64,000 nucleotides of DNA. Source: Candidatus Magasanikiibacteriota bacterium (lineage in GTDB: Bacteria > Patescibacteriota > Patescibacteriia > Magasanikbacterales > 2-02-FULL-50-9b). The translations under genes and the position numbers were made by a program. The first letter of the stretch is position 1; the number at the start of each line of letters is the position of its first letter. This document shows positions 1 through 9,278 of this stretch, one piece after another. Location: assembly GCA_943355025.1 (NCBI GenBank), contig CALRDW010000004.1, positions 756 to 64,755 of the forward strand. The letters run 5' to 3'. The notes below the pieces were generated by a model, which was not told where the DNA came from, searched no databases, and worked only from the letters and a program-made list of their open reading frames with translations.

Positions 1-10
1 TAAAAAAAAT

Positions 11-1084
11 ATGAAAATTTTGCTCATCACTTCGGAATATCCGCCGATTGTCGGTGGTGTGAGCAGTTATCTTGAACAACTGTATTCGAACCTCGATCAT
101 GAAGTGACTATTATTGCGCCTCCTGCGTTTAACTTTCAGGTCAATTGGATGTGGCCCCGTTGGTTGCCGCTCTATTTTCAAATTAAGGAATTTATAAAGA
201 CGAATAAACCCGATCAAATTCATATCTCGCATGTGCTCCCGATGGGTCAGATTGCCTATTGGATACTCAAACAATATAAAATTCCATACGTTATCATTTT
301 TCACGGTTTGGATCTTATTACGGCTGCGGCGCAACCAAAAAAATGGATGCGTGTTGAAAAGATCGTTGCACATGCAAGCGCACTGATTGTTAATAGTAAT
401 GCAACAGGGGATTTATTGAAAAAATTGCTTCCGCATGCGCATAAACCAATCGTCATTCGTCCCGGTGTTCAAATCCGATCGATCGCGCCGAGAGCTATTG
501 AAGAGTTTCGCAGCGCGCAAAACCTTACGGGACATCGGATAATTCTTTTTCTCGCACGCCTCGTGCCGCGCAAAGGAGTGGTGGTGGCTGTTGAAGCGTT
601 TTACGAGATTGTTCGTCAAAATGTCGAGGCGACACTTATTATTGCGGGTGCGGGGCCTGAGCGCATAGTGGCTGAGGCTGCTGCTGTACGTCTCGGCATC
701 GGCGATCGCATTCGATTTGTGGGCCCCGTTAGCGAAACTGATAAATATTTGTGGTATGCAGTCGCGCATGTGTTTTGGTTTCCCGCGCAACCTACAGAAA
801 ATGATTGGGAAGGGTTCGGAATGACTGCGCTTGAGGCTCAAAGTTTTAGTTGCCCCGTTGTCGTGAGCAATTGCGGCGGCCTTCCTGAAACACTTATGCC
901 CGACATAACTGGGTTTGTCGCCGAGGGAACTCCGCAGGCATTTGCAGAGGCAACTCTTCGTACGCTGAATGATGCCAGCTGCTGGCAGCGAATGCGTATG
1001 GCGGCGCGCACGTTTGCGGCGTCGCAAGATTGGTCAACACCGAGAAAAATCCTTTCGGGGCTTATTCAATCGGTCAAAAAATAA
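11..1084 (+). CDS. GT4 family glycosyltransferase
   Basis: N-terminal MKILLITSEYPPIVGG; RLVPRKG and EGFGMTALEA (ExFGx4EA) GT-B motifs. Confidence 0.9.
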   Translation: MKILLITSEYPPIVGGVSSYLEQLYSNLDHEVTIIAPPAFNFQVNWMWPRWLPLYFQIKEFIKTNKPDQIHISHVLPMGQIAYWILKQYKIPYVIIFHGLDLITAAAQPKKWMRVEKIVAHASALIVNSNATGDLLKKLLPHAHKPIVIRPGVQIRSIAPRAIEEFRSAQNLTGHRIILFLARLVPRKGVVVAVEAFYEIVRQNVEATLIIAGAGPERIVAEAAAVRLGIGDRIRFVGPVSETDKYLWYAVAHVFWFPAQPTENDWEGFGMTALEAQSFSCPVVVSNCGGLPETLMPDITGFVAEGTPQAFAEATLRTLNDASCWQRMRMAARTFAASQDWSTPRKILSGLIQSVKK

Positions 1085-1092
1085 ATCAGCAT

Positions 1093-1791
1093 ATGCGCAT
1101 CGCTGTTATTATTCCGATTCGTGGGCGTGTTCAACTGCTCCGTAGCTGCCTCGCAAGCATTCAAGCGCAACAATTACGTCCGTCACGAGTAATCGTCGTT
1201 GACGACGCGAATACAGCCTCAGACGCGGCGTCAATTAAAGACATTGCAGCAAGCGCAGGTGCTGAATATCTCCGCACGGAAATTCAAGGTGGCGCTTCCG
1301 CGGCCCGCAACTATGGAGCTGCTCAGGCAACTGGCATAGACACTTATTTTTTTTGTGATGCAGACATCACGCTGGCCCCAAACGCTCTGCACGAACTAGC
1401 TTCCGCACTTGAAAAAAATCCGCAGGCTGCTTATGCATATTCTGATTTTATGTTTGGCAAGCGCCTGATGCGTGCTGAGCCATTTTCCTTGGCCGCGCTA
1501 CGCCATCAGAATTTTATTTCTACAATGTCTCTTGTTCGAGCAGCTGCGTTCCTCGGGTTTGATCCAACACTTAAACGATTTCAGGATTGGGATTTATGGC
1601 TTACACTTGCGACACAGGGAAAATATGGTGTGTATGTACCGCAAGTTTTATTCACCGCTGATGCGAGCGGTAGCATCAGCACGTGGATCCCGTCAATACT
1701 TGCGCGGAATGCCCACGTGTTTTCGTGGATTCCTCGAGTTAAAAAATACGCAGCCGCACGCGCCATTATTTTAAAAAAACAGGGCTTATAA
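1093..1791 (+). CDS. GT2 family glycosyltransferase
   Basis: MRIAVIIP start, VIVVDD, GASAARNYG, CDAD (DxD) and QDWDLW motifs; start moved to ATG 1093. Confidence 0.88.
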   Translation: MRIAVIIPIRGRVQLLRSCLASIQAQQLRPSRVIVVDDANTASDAASIKDIAASAGAEYLRTEIQGGASAARNYGAAQATGIDTYFFCDADITLAPNALHELASALEKNPQAAYAYSDFMFGKRLMRAEPFSLAALRHQNFISTMSLVRAAAFLGFDPTLKRFQDWDLWLTLATQGKYGVYVPQVLFTADASGSISTWIPSILARNAHVFSWIPRVKKYAAARAIILKKQGL

Positions 1792-2745
1792 TTTTTGTGG
1801 CTGTACGGCGGTCGTGCCAGTAAGGTGTTTGTATCCACGAGCAAAGTTGGCAGCGGTCATAACTGATTTTCCGGCCGGCTGCAGTGTGAGTACTTCAAGT
1901 GTGCCTGAATATGTTGCAAAAAAAACACGGTCTTCCGAAATATGAAGAGCGCCTGGGGCACGGTCGGCCACCTGATTGGCCGCTGCCATAACGCTCGCGG
2001 AAAGAAGTTTTACATTCAGATCACCAATAGCAATCGTAACCCCTGGCCATGGTGTCAACGCGCGAATTTTTCGTTCGACTGATGTAGCTGTTTCTGTTTT
2101 AAAATCGACAAATCCATCTTCTCGAGACAGTAATTTTGTAAATGTTGCCAGAGCCTCGATCTGTGGTTGGGGCGTCAAAGATCCTGCGACAAATTGCGTT
2201 ATAACTTCTCCGATGTGGGCTGAGCCGATCGCGGCGAGACGCGCCATAAGTGTTGGCGTCGTGTCGGTTGGGGATATTTGAGCAGGATATTGTGTCAAAA
2301 TTGATCCATGATCAAGTTGTGCATCCATGCACATGATGGTAATGCCAGTTGCGATTTCACCAGCCGCAATCGCTGATTGAACGGGTGATGCTCCGCGATA
2401 CAGAGGAAGTAGGGATGTGTGAACATTGAGCGCGCCATAGTGCGGGATCGAAAGGATCGCCTGTGGAATTATGAGCCCATATTGTGCAACGATAAAAATA
2501 TCGGCGTTGAATTCTTGAAGCGAGCGCTGAATATCTTCAGATTTTAATGTTGCTGGTTCAAGGCACAGAGCGTTGGCCTCAGCAGCGAGCTGAGACACAG
2601 GGCTTGAATGGAGTTCCTGTTTGCGTCCAACGCGCCGCGCCGGCTGAGTTATAACACCGACAACTGTTGCATCTTTCATCGCAAAAAGCGCACGTAAAAT
2701 CTCAGTTGCGAATAATTCTGTTCCAAAAAAAACAATTCGTATCAT
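1786..2745 (-). CDS. fmt: methionyl-tRNA formyltransferase
   Basis: RIVFFGT, LNVHTSLLPLYRGASP, IRALTPWPG; adjacent to def. Confidence 0.95.
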   Translation of the reverse strand: MIRIVFFGTELFATEILRALFAMKDATVVGVITQPARRVGRKQELHSSPVSQLAAEANALCLEPATLKSEDIQRSLQEFNADIFIVAQYGLIIPQAILSIPHYGALNVHTSLLPLYRGASPVQSAIAAGEIATGITIMCMDAQLDHGSILTQYPAQISPTDTTPTLMARLAAIGSAHIGEVITQFVAGSLTPQPQIEALATFTKLLSREDGFVDFKTETATSVERKIRALTPWPGVTIAIGDLNVKLLSASVMAAANQVADRAPGALHISEDRVFFATYSGTLEVLTLQPAGKSVMTAANFARGYKHLTGTTAVQPQKL

Positions 2746-2759
2746 AAAACGGACTAAAA

Positions 2760-3281
2760 TTAATCAGTGCGCGGACGCACTTTTTTTGAGGTTTGTTTTG
2801 CACGGTCAATAAATAAAATGCCGTTTAGATGGTCAACCTCGTGTTGGAGTACGCGTGCAAAATAATCAGTTGCAACGAACTCTACACGCTCGCCACCTGA
2901 AAGTGTTGCGCTTGCCGAAACTTGAACATGTCGCTCAACATCTCCAACAAGTCCAGGAACCGAGAGACATCCTTCCTCATCAAGTGCTGTTTTCCATGAA
3001 TAGGTAGCGAATTCTGGATTGATTAATACAAGATCTTCTATTTTCGAAAAAGGCAGTGATTCCTCATGAGCAAAAGCCTCTTTCCCAATCGTAATCATAC
3101 GAATTGATTTTCCGATTTGGGGCGCCGCAAGACCAATGCCATCGTCCGAATGCATTGTTTTAATCATGTCTTTGCTGAGCGATTTAAACTCTTCAGATTG
3201 CAAAAAAGAAGCTTCAATTTTGCTTGAAGTCGCGCGAAGAATCGGGTGCGGATGCTGGAGTACGGGCAAAATTTCTGCCAT
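2760..3281 (-). CDS. def: peptide deformylase
   Basis: GIGLAAPQIG, EGCLS, QHEVDHLNG motifs. Confidence 0.97.
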   Translation of the reverse strand: MAEILPVLQHPHPILRATSSKIEASFLQSEEFKSLSKDMIKTMHSDDGIGLAAPQIGKSIRMITIGKEAFAHEESLPFSKIEDLVLINPEFATYSWKTALDEEGCLSVPGLVGDVERHVQVSASATLSGGERVEFVATDYFARVLQHEVDHLNGILFIDRAKQTSKKVRPRTD

Positions 3282-3299
3282 ATGCGACGTATTCTATCA

Positions 3300-4853
3300 C
3301 TATTTGCGTAAAAAATCAAGCCTGCCATAGGGCGCTTGGTTGAACCTTTTTCTGAGTACTTTTTCGGATATCCACCACCGGGTAAACCCATCAAAATCGC
3401 GAACACTCCATGCGGATAAAGCAGGCCGCCGTGTCTGAACATACCATGCGCCCGCCCAGGCGCGTGGGAGACGTGTTGACATGGCACGAAGCCGGTTCCA
3501 GATAGACTCTTCGCTGCGCAAATGTGGATGAATGAGCTCAAAATCAGGTGAGAGGTCTATAACCGTATCAAACCAGCCCAGATCCACTGAGTAGGCGAGG
3601 GGTGCGGTTGCAATAACGATTATGCGATGTTCCGTTGAATAAATCTGCTCTACGGCCTCAGTTGCACGAGCAAGTTGTTCGGAGCGCGCGTCCGCAAGAA
3701 TGATTTCATCTGCGGCGTTCACGACGGCAAGTTCGCGAAGCTCCCGAACAAGTGATTGTGCACCGAGGCCCATGAGCAAAAATTGAGTGCCGCTGCACGT
3801 GACGCACTGCGCTTGTGCATTAACTGTTTCAAACGGTTGCAACGCGCCACAATCCTTGCAGAGCGCGTGTGTGGCCTCCCGAAGATGCGGGACAAAAAAG
3901 ATGAGTCGCTGTGAACGCTCAATTGCATCTTCAAGTACCGGCGACAAAAATAGCCGTCTATTTCTGGGCTCCTCGGCCGTTCGATCGACTATTGTTGGCC
4001 ATGTAGCAAGCGAGGGCACTGTCGCAATACGATTAAGGTCAAGTGTGTGCGGTGAATGACCTATAAGTGTAACGCTGTCGCCCAAATTAATTCTTCGTGA
4101 TTCTAAAATTTGTCGATTGTCGTAGTTGATGCCGTCCCATTGGGTATGAAAAGGATGTGTTGGCTCGTCGACAGCCCACGCGCCGTCCCCTGCAAAGGGG
4201 AGCCACGTCAATGCATGTGTTCCGACAAGAATTATTTTTTTGGATCCGCCGGTCCAGGCGAGCCATGCTGCGCGACGGCGTGGCGCTGATTCCGGGTGGT
4301 AGTGAATAATTTCATGGTCTGCTCTGTGTCCCGAAAGCAGTCGCACAAGTTCTTCCGCACGCTCATTGCTTGGTGCCACAAGAGCAATTACGCGTTTTGA
4401 TTTCGCCAGCTGACACATAGCTGCGAGCACTGCTGCATCGTGCGATTCAGCATCAAAATACCACGCGCATTTTATGGCGGTGGGGGCCTCTCGTGGCATT
4501 ATTTCAGCCAGCTCAGTGCGTGTCAGTGCTTGGTATGTTCGCTTGCTTGGCGAGGGGAGAGAATAACGCGCAAGATTTCCAATGGTTGAGTTAAGCTCAG
4601 AAGCAAGCGCAGTTAGCCACGCGACTTCGGGAGTGGAAAGAACTTTGACTGGAGTTTGGTCGGGGATTGGCCGCACCGTAAAAGCAGTCGAGAGAGGAAG
4701 TTCACTTATAATACCGAAGAGTATCTTCTTTCGAAACGGAATTTGAACCAGCATACCAACCTCGGGCGCTGGCGGAAGCTCCCACGAGTAATCAAAGACA
4801 GACATGCCCGCTGGCATGCTGCGCAGCGGGGCCACGCGAATCAATCGCTTCAT
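3300..4853 (-). CDS. priA: degenerate primosomal protein N' (PriA-like)
   Basis: FDYS...VGMLVQIPFRKKILFGII resembles the PriA 3' DNA-binding domain; VDEPTHPFH, CxxC pairs, GLGAQ and YVQT; next to def/fmt; no recognisable Walker A. Confidence 0.65.
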   Translation of the reverse strand: MKRLIRVAPLRSMPAGMSVFDYSWELPPAPEVGMLVQIPFRKKILFGIISELPLSTAFTVRPIPDQTPVKVLSTPEVAWLTALASELNSTIGNLARYSLPSPSKRTYQALTRTELAEIMPREAPTAIKCAWYFDAESHDAAVLAAMCQLAKSKRVIALVAPSNERAEELVRLLSGHRADHEIIHYHPESAPRRRAAWLAWTGGSKKIILVGTHALTWLPFAGDGAWAVDEPTHPFHTQWDGINYDNRQILESRRINLGDSVTLIGHSPHTLDLNRIATVPSLATWPTIVDRTAEEPRNRRLFLSPVLEDAIERSQRLIFFVPHLREATHALCKDCGALQPFETVNAQAQCVTCSGTQFLLMGLGAQSLVRELRELAVVNAADEIILADARSEQLARATEAVEQIYSTEHRIIVIATAPLAYSVDLGWFDTVIDLSPDFELIHPHLRSEESIWNRLRAMSTRLPRAWAGAWYVQTRRPALSAWSVRDFDGFTRWWISEKVLRKRFNQAPYGRLDFLRK

Positions 4854-4860
4854 ACACAGC

Positions 4861-5637
4861 TCACTCAGAAAATAAAATTGCGTTGATAAGGCCTACGCCG
4901 TATCGAACCTCGTGTGATAAAATTCGAACATTCGCCGGGAATCGTCGGAGCAAACCGAATCCGACTCCAAGCGCCTTACTTACGCACTCTTCGGCATCAG
5001 AAAATTCATGCACCAGTTTTGTAAGCGCTGCGACAGAGCGGTGTTCGATGGCATCAATAAGCGCTGTCTCGAATTTAAGTGCGTGTTCTGAAAAACCAGC
5101 GGGCGAGTCCGAGGTATGTCGGTGTGATGCGTCTCCAGTTATCAAAACAGCAACACGTCGCGGGCTTGAGTGGAACACCTCTTTAAGGTGCGTGCCGATT
5201 TCAGCATGATCAATTATTGAGTTTGTGGTTGTGCCAACGACTATAATCCGCTCGGTTGAGGATACACCAAGAAGACGAAGCGCGAGCGCGGACCCATAAT
5301 CAAGTTCATGTTCGGCAACGTGTTGGAGCGAAAGATGCTCGGCGATCTGCTCCCGATGCAGTGCACTTAAAAAACTAACATCGGTTGGATACGACGCATC
5401 GCCTGAATGAACGACGCCAAATGATTTTAGTTGTGGCGTCAGAGTCGGACTGTTAAAAACAGCATATTTTTTTTCGAACATTCGTGCATGCTCACTGACA
5501 ATGAGAATGACTTCTGCATTCGACGCAGCAAGCGCCTTTCGAAGCAATGCAAAACCCATGGCAGACTGTGACTGTTCGAATTTCTTGTCTTTAAGAAGCA
5601 GAGGGTTGTGCGCAACGAGGCCGGCAAAAACAATCAT
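4861..5637 (-). CDS. MEMO1/LigB-fold (AmmeMemoRadiSam B-like) protein
   Basis: MIVFAGLVAHNPLL start, ELDYGS, ITGDASHRHTSDSPAGFS, YGVG C-terminus. Confidence 0.65.
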   Translation of the reverse strand: MIVFAGLVAHNPLLLKDKKFEQSQSAMGFALLRKALAASNAEVILIVSEHARMFEKKYAVFNSPTLTPQLKSFGVVHSGDASYPTDVSFLSALHREQIAEHLSLQHVAEHELDYGSALALRLLGVSSTERIIVVGTTTNSIIDHAEIGTHLKEVFHSSPRRVAVLITGDASHRHTSDSPAGFSEHALKFETALIDAIEHRSVAALTKLVHEFSDAEECVSKALGVGFGLLRRFPANVRILSHEVRYGVGLINAILFSE

Positions 5638-5640
5638 ACT

Positions 5641-7035
5641 TTATTTTGCTGCAATATGATTCGCAGGAGCTGTATCAACAAGAGGCTCACCCTCGGTTAC
5701 GCTAATAAGCGTCTGTTCATCAGTATAAATAACATTTTTTGTCTGGTATCCGAGACTTTTAAACACTGCGGCGCTTGGAATTAATCGGCGGCGTCCATTT
5801 GAAACTACATAAATGAATGCCGAACCCTTTGTTGCGACAAGGGTGCCGTCATGAAATAAAATTGGCGTGTTGCTGAGTGGATATTTTGCAAGCTGCTTCA
5901 TATCCTGTACAAGAATTTTCTTTTTTGGGAAGTTTGCTTTCACAACATCCTGCGAGGCGATAACTGAGCGAACACCGTTTTGAATGTAGTAAAGTGCTTT
6001 TGTCTTTTTATCTTGGACAACGGCTCCGAGAGGATACTCCGACGCTGTTGTTATGAATGTGCCGCTTTCGTACTCAGCTACATCTGCATCTGTCACATCT
6101 TCAACCTCATCAGGATTGAAACCAATTGTTTTAAACACTGCGGATGACGCGATTGGGTGTTTTATATCATCAATAATGAGATACACCATGCTGTTTGGTG
6201 TACGAACAAGGCTATAATTTGGAAGCGAAATTGGCGAGCCTTTTTGATAAGCCCCGAGATCTGCCGACTGAATTTTAAGCACGCTATCGGGGCTATACCT
6301 AGATAAAAAGGCCGCCTTTGTTGCAAAAGGACGGATGACACCGTTTTTTATTATGTATGTTGTATCATCGCCGAGCGCCTGGATGAGCGATCCATCCGGA
6401 TACACACGCGTAAACCACTTATTCCAGAGTTTCCAAAAATTAAGATTTCCATGGAGATGAGGCGTATATGTATAGAGAAACGCGGTCGCATTCGAAAGAG
6501 GGTTTACGGGTTGATTATCAATTACATACGTCGTCCCCGCGCGCTTGATCCATGTTTGTGCAACATTTTCGTAATAATACCGCATGATCGAAGCTGAGCG
6601 GCGCACCTGATTTGCAAAACCTTTGAATTTAAAAATAGACGGGTCATTCAAGCTGCAGCCATCACACACGCCAAAACCCGTAGCCCAATCAAGCTGTTTT
6701 TGTGCCGGCGAGGAATCGGTTACAAGGCTTTGTTCTTTTTGCAAAACAACAAGCAAATAACGGGGATTGATTTGCGACTCTGCTGCTGCAGCCATAATAA
6801 TTTGGGCCGCGGTTTTATTTGAACCATCCGTGTCAACAAACCGCATCCCTGCAATAGCACCACCCTGAGCAGTAATAAAATTTTGAACGTCCGTCGTCGA
6901 CATTGCGTCGTAAGAAGTGAGATCATTGTCCGTAAGTATAAGCTGCGGATTAAAATCTGCAGCTAGAGCGGATGTGGGCAGCATGAGGCTCACCAAACTG
7001 AGTGCCACTGCAAATCGCACAAAAATGATTCTCAT
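5641..7035 (-). CDS. secreted protein with possible lysozyme-like N-domain and four C-terminal ~60-aa repeats
   Basis: Signal peptide ending SALA; INPRYLLVVLQKEQSL, WATGFG and LYTYTPH; four G.L...VY....G..R.I....F repeats. Confidence 0.6.
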   Translation of the reverse strand: MRIIFVRFAVALSLVSLMLPTSALAADFNPQLILTDNDLTSYDAMSTTDVQNFITAQGGAIAGMRFVDTDGSNKTAAQIIMAAAAESQINPRYLLVVLQKEQSLVTDSSPAQKQLDWATGFGVCDGCSLNDPSIFKFKGFANQVRRSASIMRYYYENVAQTWIKRAGTTYVIDNQPVNPLSNATAFLYTYTPHLHGNLNFWKLWNKWFTRVYPDGSLIQALGDDTTYIIKNGVIRPFATKAAFLSRYSPDSVLKIQSADLGAYQKGSPISLPNYSLVRTPNSMVYLIIDDIKHPIASSAVFKTIGFNPDEVEDVTDADVAEYESGTFITTASEYPLGAVVQDKKTKALYYIQNGVRSVIASQDVVKANFPKKKILVQDMKQLAKYPLSNTPILFHDGTLVATKGSAFIYVVSNGRRRLIPSAAVFKSLGYQTKNVIYTDEQTLISVTEGEPLVDTAPANHIAAK

Positions 7036-7085
7036 AGAGAAAGAAGTATACCAGGTCACGACCAATTCGGGCAATAATGCTTTAT

Positions 7086-7268
7086 TTAAAGCGGAAGCTC
7101 AGCCACTTGAAGTTTTTTCAAAATTGCGGGCACAACGCCACCGTCTTGGGTTATAAGTGACTGGAGCATGTGCTCGGGATGCACTTGCGCCTGCCCATTT
7201 TCCTCTGCTATTCGATAAGCAGCCTCAAGAGCTTTCTGAGATTTGTGCGTAAAACTCTGTGGATTCAT
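7086..7268 (-). pseudogene. clpB: ClpB N-terminal (Clp_N) fragment, 60 aa
   Basis: MNPQSFTHKSQKALEAAYRIAEENGQAQVHPEHMLQSLITQDGGVVPAILKKL resembles the ClpB N-terminus; stops after 60 aa with no ATPase domain following. Confidence 0.65.
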
Positions 7269-7320
7269 AAGTTGAACTTTTCGTATATTTTAGTATAATG
7301 AGGGCACTCAAAAAGAGCAA

Positions 7321-8073
7321 ATGCACACCAGATTATCACACTTTGCCACACTTCCTTTTTGGTCACAGAGCTCGGAGCAGCTGTGCGACCATGTATTAGC
7401 GCGCCTTGAGCAGGGGTTCTCGACGCATATTGTAACGATCAATGCTGAAATGCTGCTCTATGCAGCGGTGCACCCGAGCGCAGAGCAGGCAATCGACGCG
7501 TGCACTATTGCAACAGTCGACAGTTTTGCTGTCTGGCTGTGGCTCAGATTTTTTTTTCGCCGAAATTTTCCACGGATAACTGGTGTTGCTTTTGCGGAAA
7601 AACTCGCAGTACAGGCCGGCCAGAGAGGGGAACGTGTTGCGCTCATTGGCGGTAGCTCTACGATTGCTGTCCAGCAAGCACAGCAATATCTAGAGGCGCA
7701 ATCAGCTCGTGTTACTCTTGCTGTTCGTCTTGAACACACGCCACGAGAACAGGAGCCGGTCATGAGTAGCCTTATTTTAGAAGGATTGCGAAGTGTTAAA
7801 CCAACCATTATTCTGGTTGGCTTTGGCCATGGAGTTCAAGAAGTCTGGTTGTCCAAGGCATTGCCGCTCGTAGGTTATCCAGCAATTGGTATCGGTGTTG
7901 GAGGTGCGATTGATGTGTGGGGTGGTGTTGCTCGTCGTGCTCCTGCCACGCTTCAGCGCCTCGGACTCGAGTGGCTGTGGCGACTCATTCAGCAACCATC
8001 GCGGTATCGTCGGATACTTCGCGCAACAATTGGTTTTCCTGCTCGGTGTATTTGGGAATCTCTGCTATACTAA
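7321..8073 (+). CDS. WecB/TagA/CpsF family glycosyltransferase
   Basis: IVTINAE, RITGV, VGFGHGVQE, GVGGAID, RAPATLQRLGLEWLWRLIQQPSR. Confidence 0.92.
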   Translation: MHTRLSHFATLPFWSQSSEQLCDHVLARLEQGFSTHIVTINAEMLLYAAVHPSAEQAIDACTIATVDSFAVWLWLRFFFRRNFPRITGVAFAEKLAVQAGQRGERVALIGGSSTIAVQQAQQYLEAQSARVTLAVRLEHTPREQEPVMSSLILEGLRSVKPTIILVGFGHGVQEVWLSKALPLVGYPAIGIGVGGAIDVWGGVARRAPATLQRLGLEWLWRLIQQPSRYRRILRATIGFPARCIWESLLY

Positions 8074-8077
8074 AAAA

Positions 8078-9277
8078 ATGCATCGTACCTTGCAACAAAT
8101 TACAATTTTTTGCTGCATTATTTTGGGCTGTACTCAGTCTGTTTTTGCAGCAACCGAAGATGTTGGAGAATTGCAAAAACAAATTGCTGATCGACAGAGT
8201 AAAATACAGGACATACAGACCCAGATCGATGCGATGAAAAAAGCGCTCCAAACAAAGCAGCTTGAGGGCGTATCTCTACAAAATCAGCTTGGCATAATTA
8301 ATGGGCGCGTCCAAAAAACAAAACTAGATATTGCAGCGACAGAGCTCCATTTGCAGCAAACACAGCTTGTACTGCAGCAAACTGAACTTCAAATAAAACA
8401 AAAAGAGCGCTCAATATCGTCTGATCAGACCCAGATAGGAGAGCTCGTGCGATCTCTCGACAAAGCGGAGCGTCAAAATCTGGTAAGCGTTTTTGCGCGT
8501 GGACAAACCATCTCTGATTTTTTTCAGACACAAGAGGCATACCAGAATATTGATTCTGATATGACGCAAGCAATAATGCGTGTCAGCAAGGCGAAGTCTG
8601 ATCTCGACACTCAAAAAAATTTGCTCGACGCAACGAAACAAAATTTAACCGTGGTCAAAAGCTCACTTGAAACAAAGCATGGACAGCTAACCGATCAAAG
8701 CAATGCAAAAGCACAGCTGCTGCTCGAGACAAAGCAGAGCGAGGACAAGTTTCAAAAACTAGTTACAGATTTGAAACGTCAATACGCGGCAACTGAAAGT
8801 GAAATTTCGTCTATTGAACGGCAAGTTCAGGCCCGTCTCAAAAATAAAAGTCTTCGGCTGCCGATAGGCAGTGTCGCACTTCAGTGGCCAACTCCGTCAC
8901 GCACTGTAACCGCGGGATTTCATGACCCGGATTATCCGTTCCGCCATATTTTTGAACATCCTGGTATCGATATTCGGGCTGCGCAAGGCACGCCAATTCG
9001 TGCTGCGGGCGCAGGCGTTGTTGCAAAAGCAAAAAACGCAGGCATGGGCTACAGCTACATAATTATCATTCACAGTAACAAAATCTCGACTGTTTACGGG
9101 CATGTTTCGCGAATTGTTGCTGCAGAAGATGACGCTGTTTCAGCGGGCGACATTATTGGTTACAGCGGAGGAACACCAGGAACTCCAGGAGCTGGTCCGT
9201 TTGTAACTGGTGCTCATTTGCATTTTGAAGTGCGCGAAAATGGAATTCCCGTTAACGCGCTCGACTATTTGCCATAA
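8078..9277 (+). CDS. coiled-coil M23 family peptidase (murein hydrolase)
   Basis: Signal peptide, long coiled coil, HPGIDI, YGH and HLHFEVR M23 motifs; start moved to ATG 8078. Confidence 0.9.
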   Translation: MHRTLQQITIFCCIILGCTQSVFAATEDVGELQKQIADRQSKIQDIQTQIDAMKKALQTKQLEGVSLQNQLGIINGRVQKTKLDIAATELHLQQTQLVLQQTELQIKQKERSISSDQTQIGELVRSLDKAERQNLVSVFARGQTISDFFQTQEAYQNIDSDMTQAIMRVSKAKSDLDTQKNLLDATKQNLTVVKSSLETKHGQLTDQSNAKAQLLLETKQSEDKFQKLVTDLKRQYAATESEISSIERQVQARLKNKSLRLPIGSVALQWPTPSRTVTAGFHDPDYPFRHIFEHPGIDIRAAQGTPIRAAGAGVVAKAKNAGMGYSYIIIIHSNKISTVYGHVSRIVAAEDDAVSAGDIIGYSGGTPGTPGAGPFVTGAHLHFEVRENGIPVNALDYLP

Positions 9278-9278
9278 A

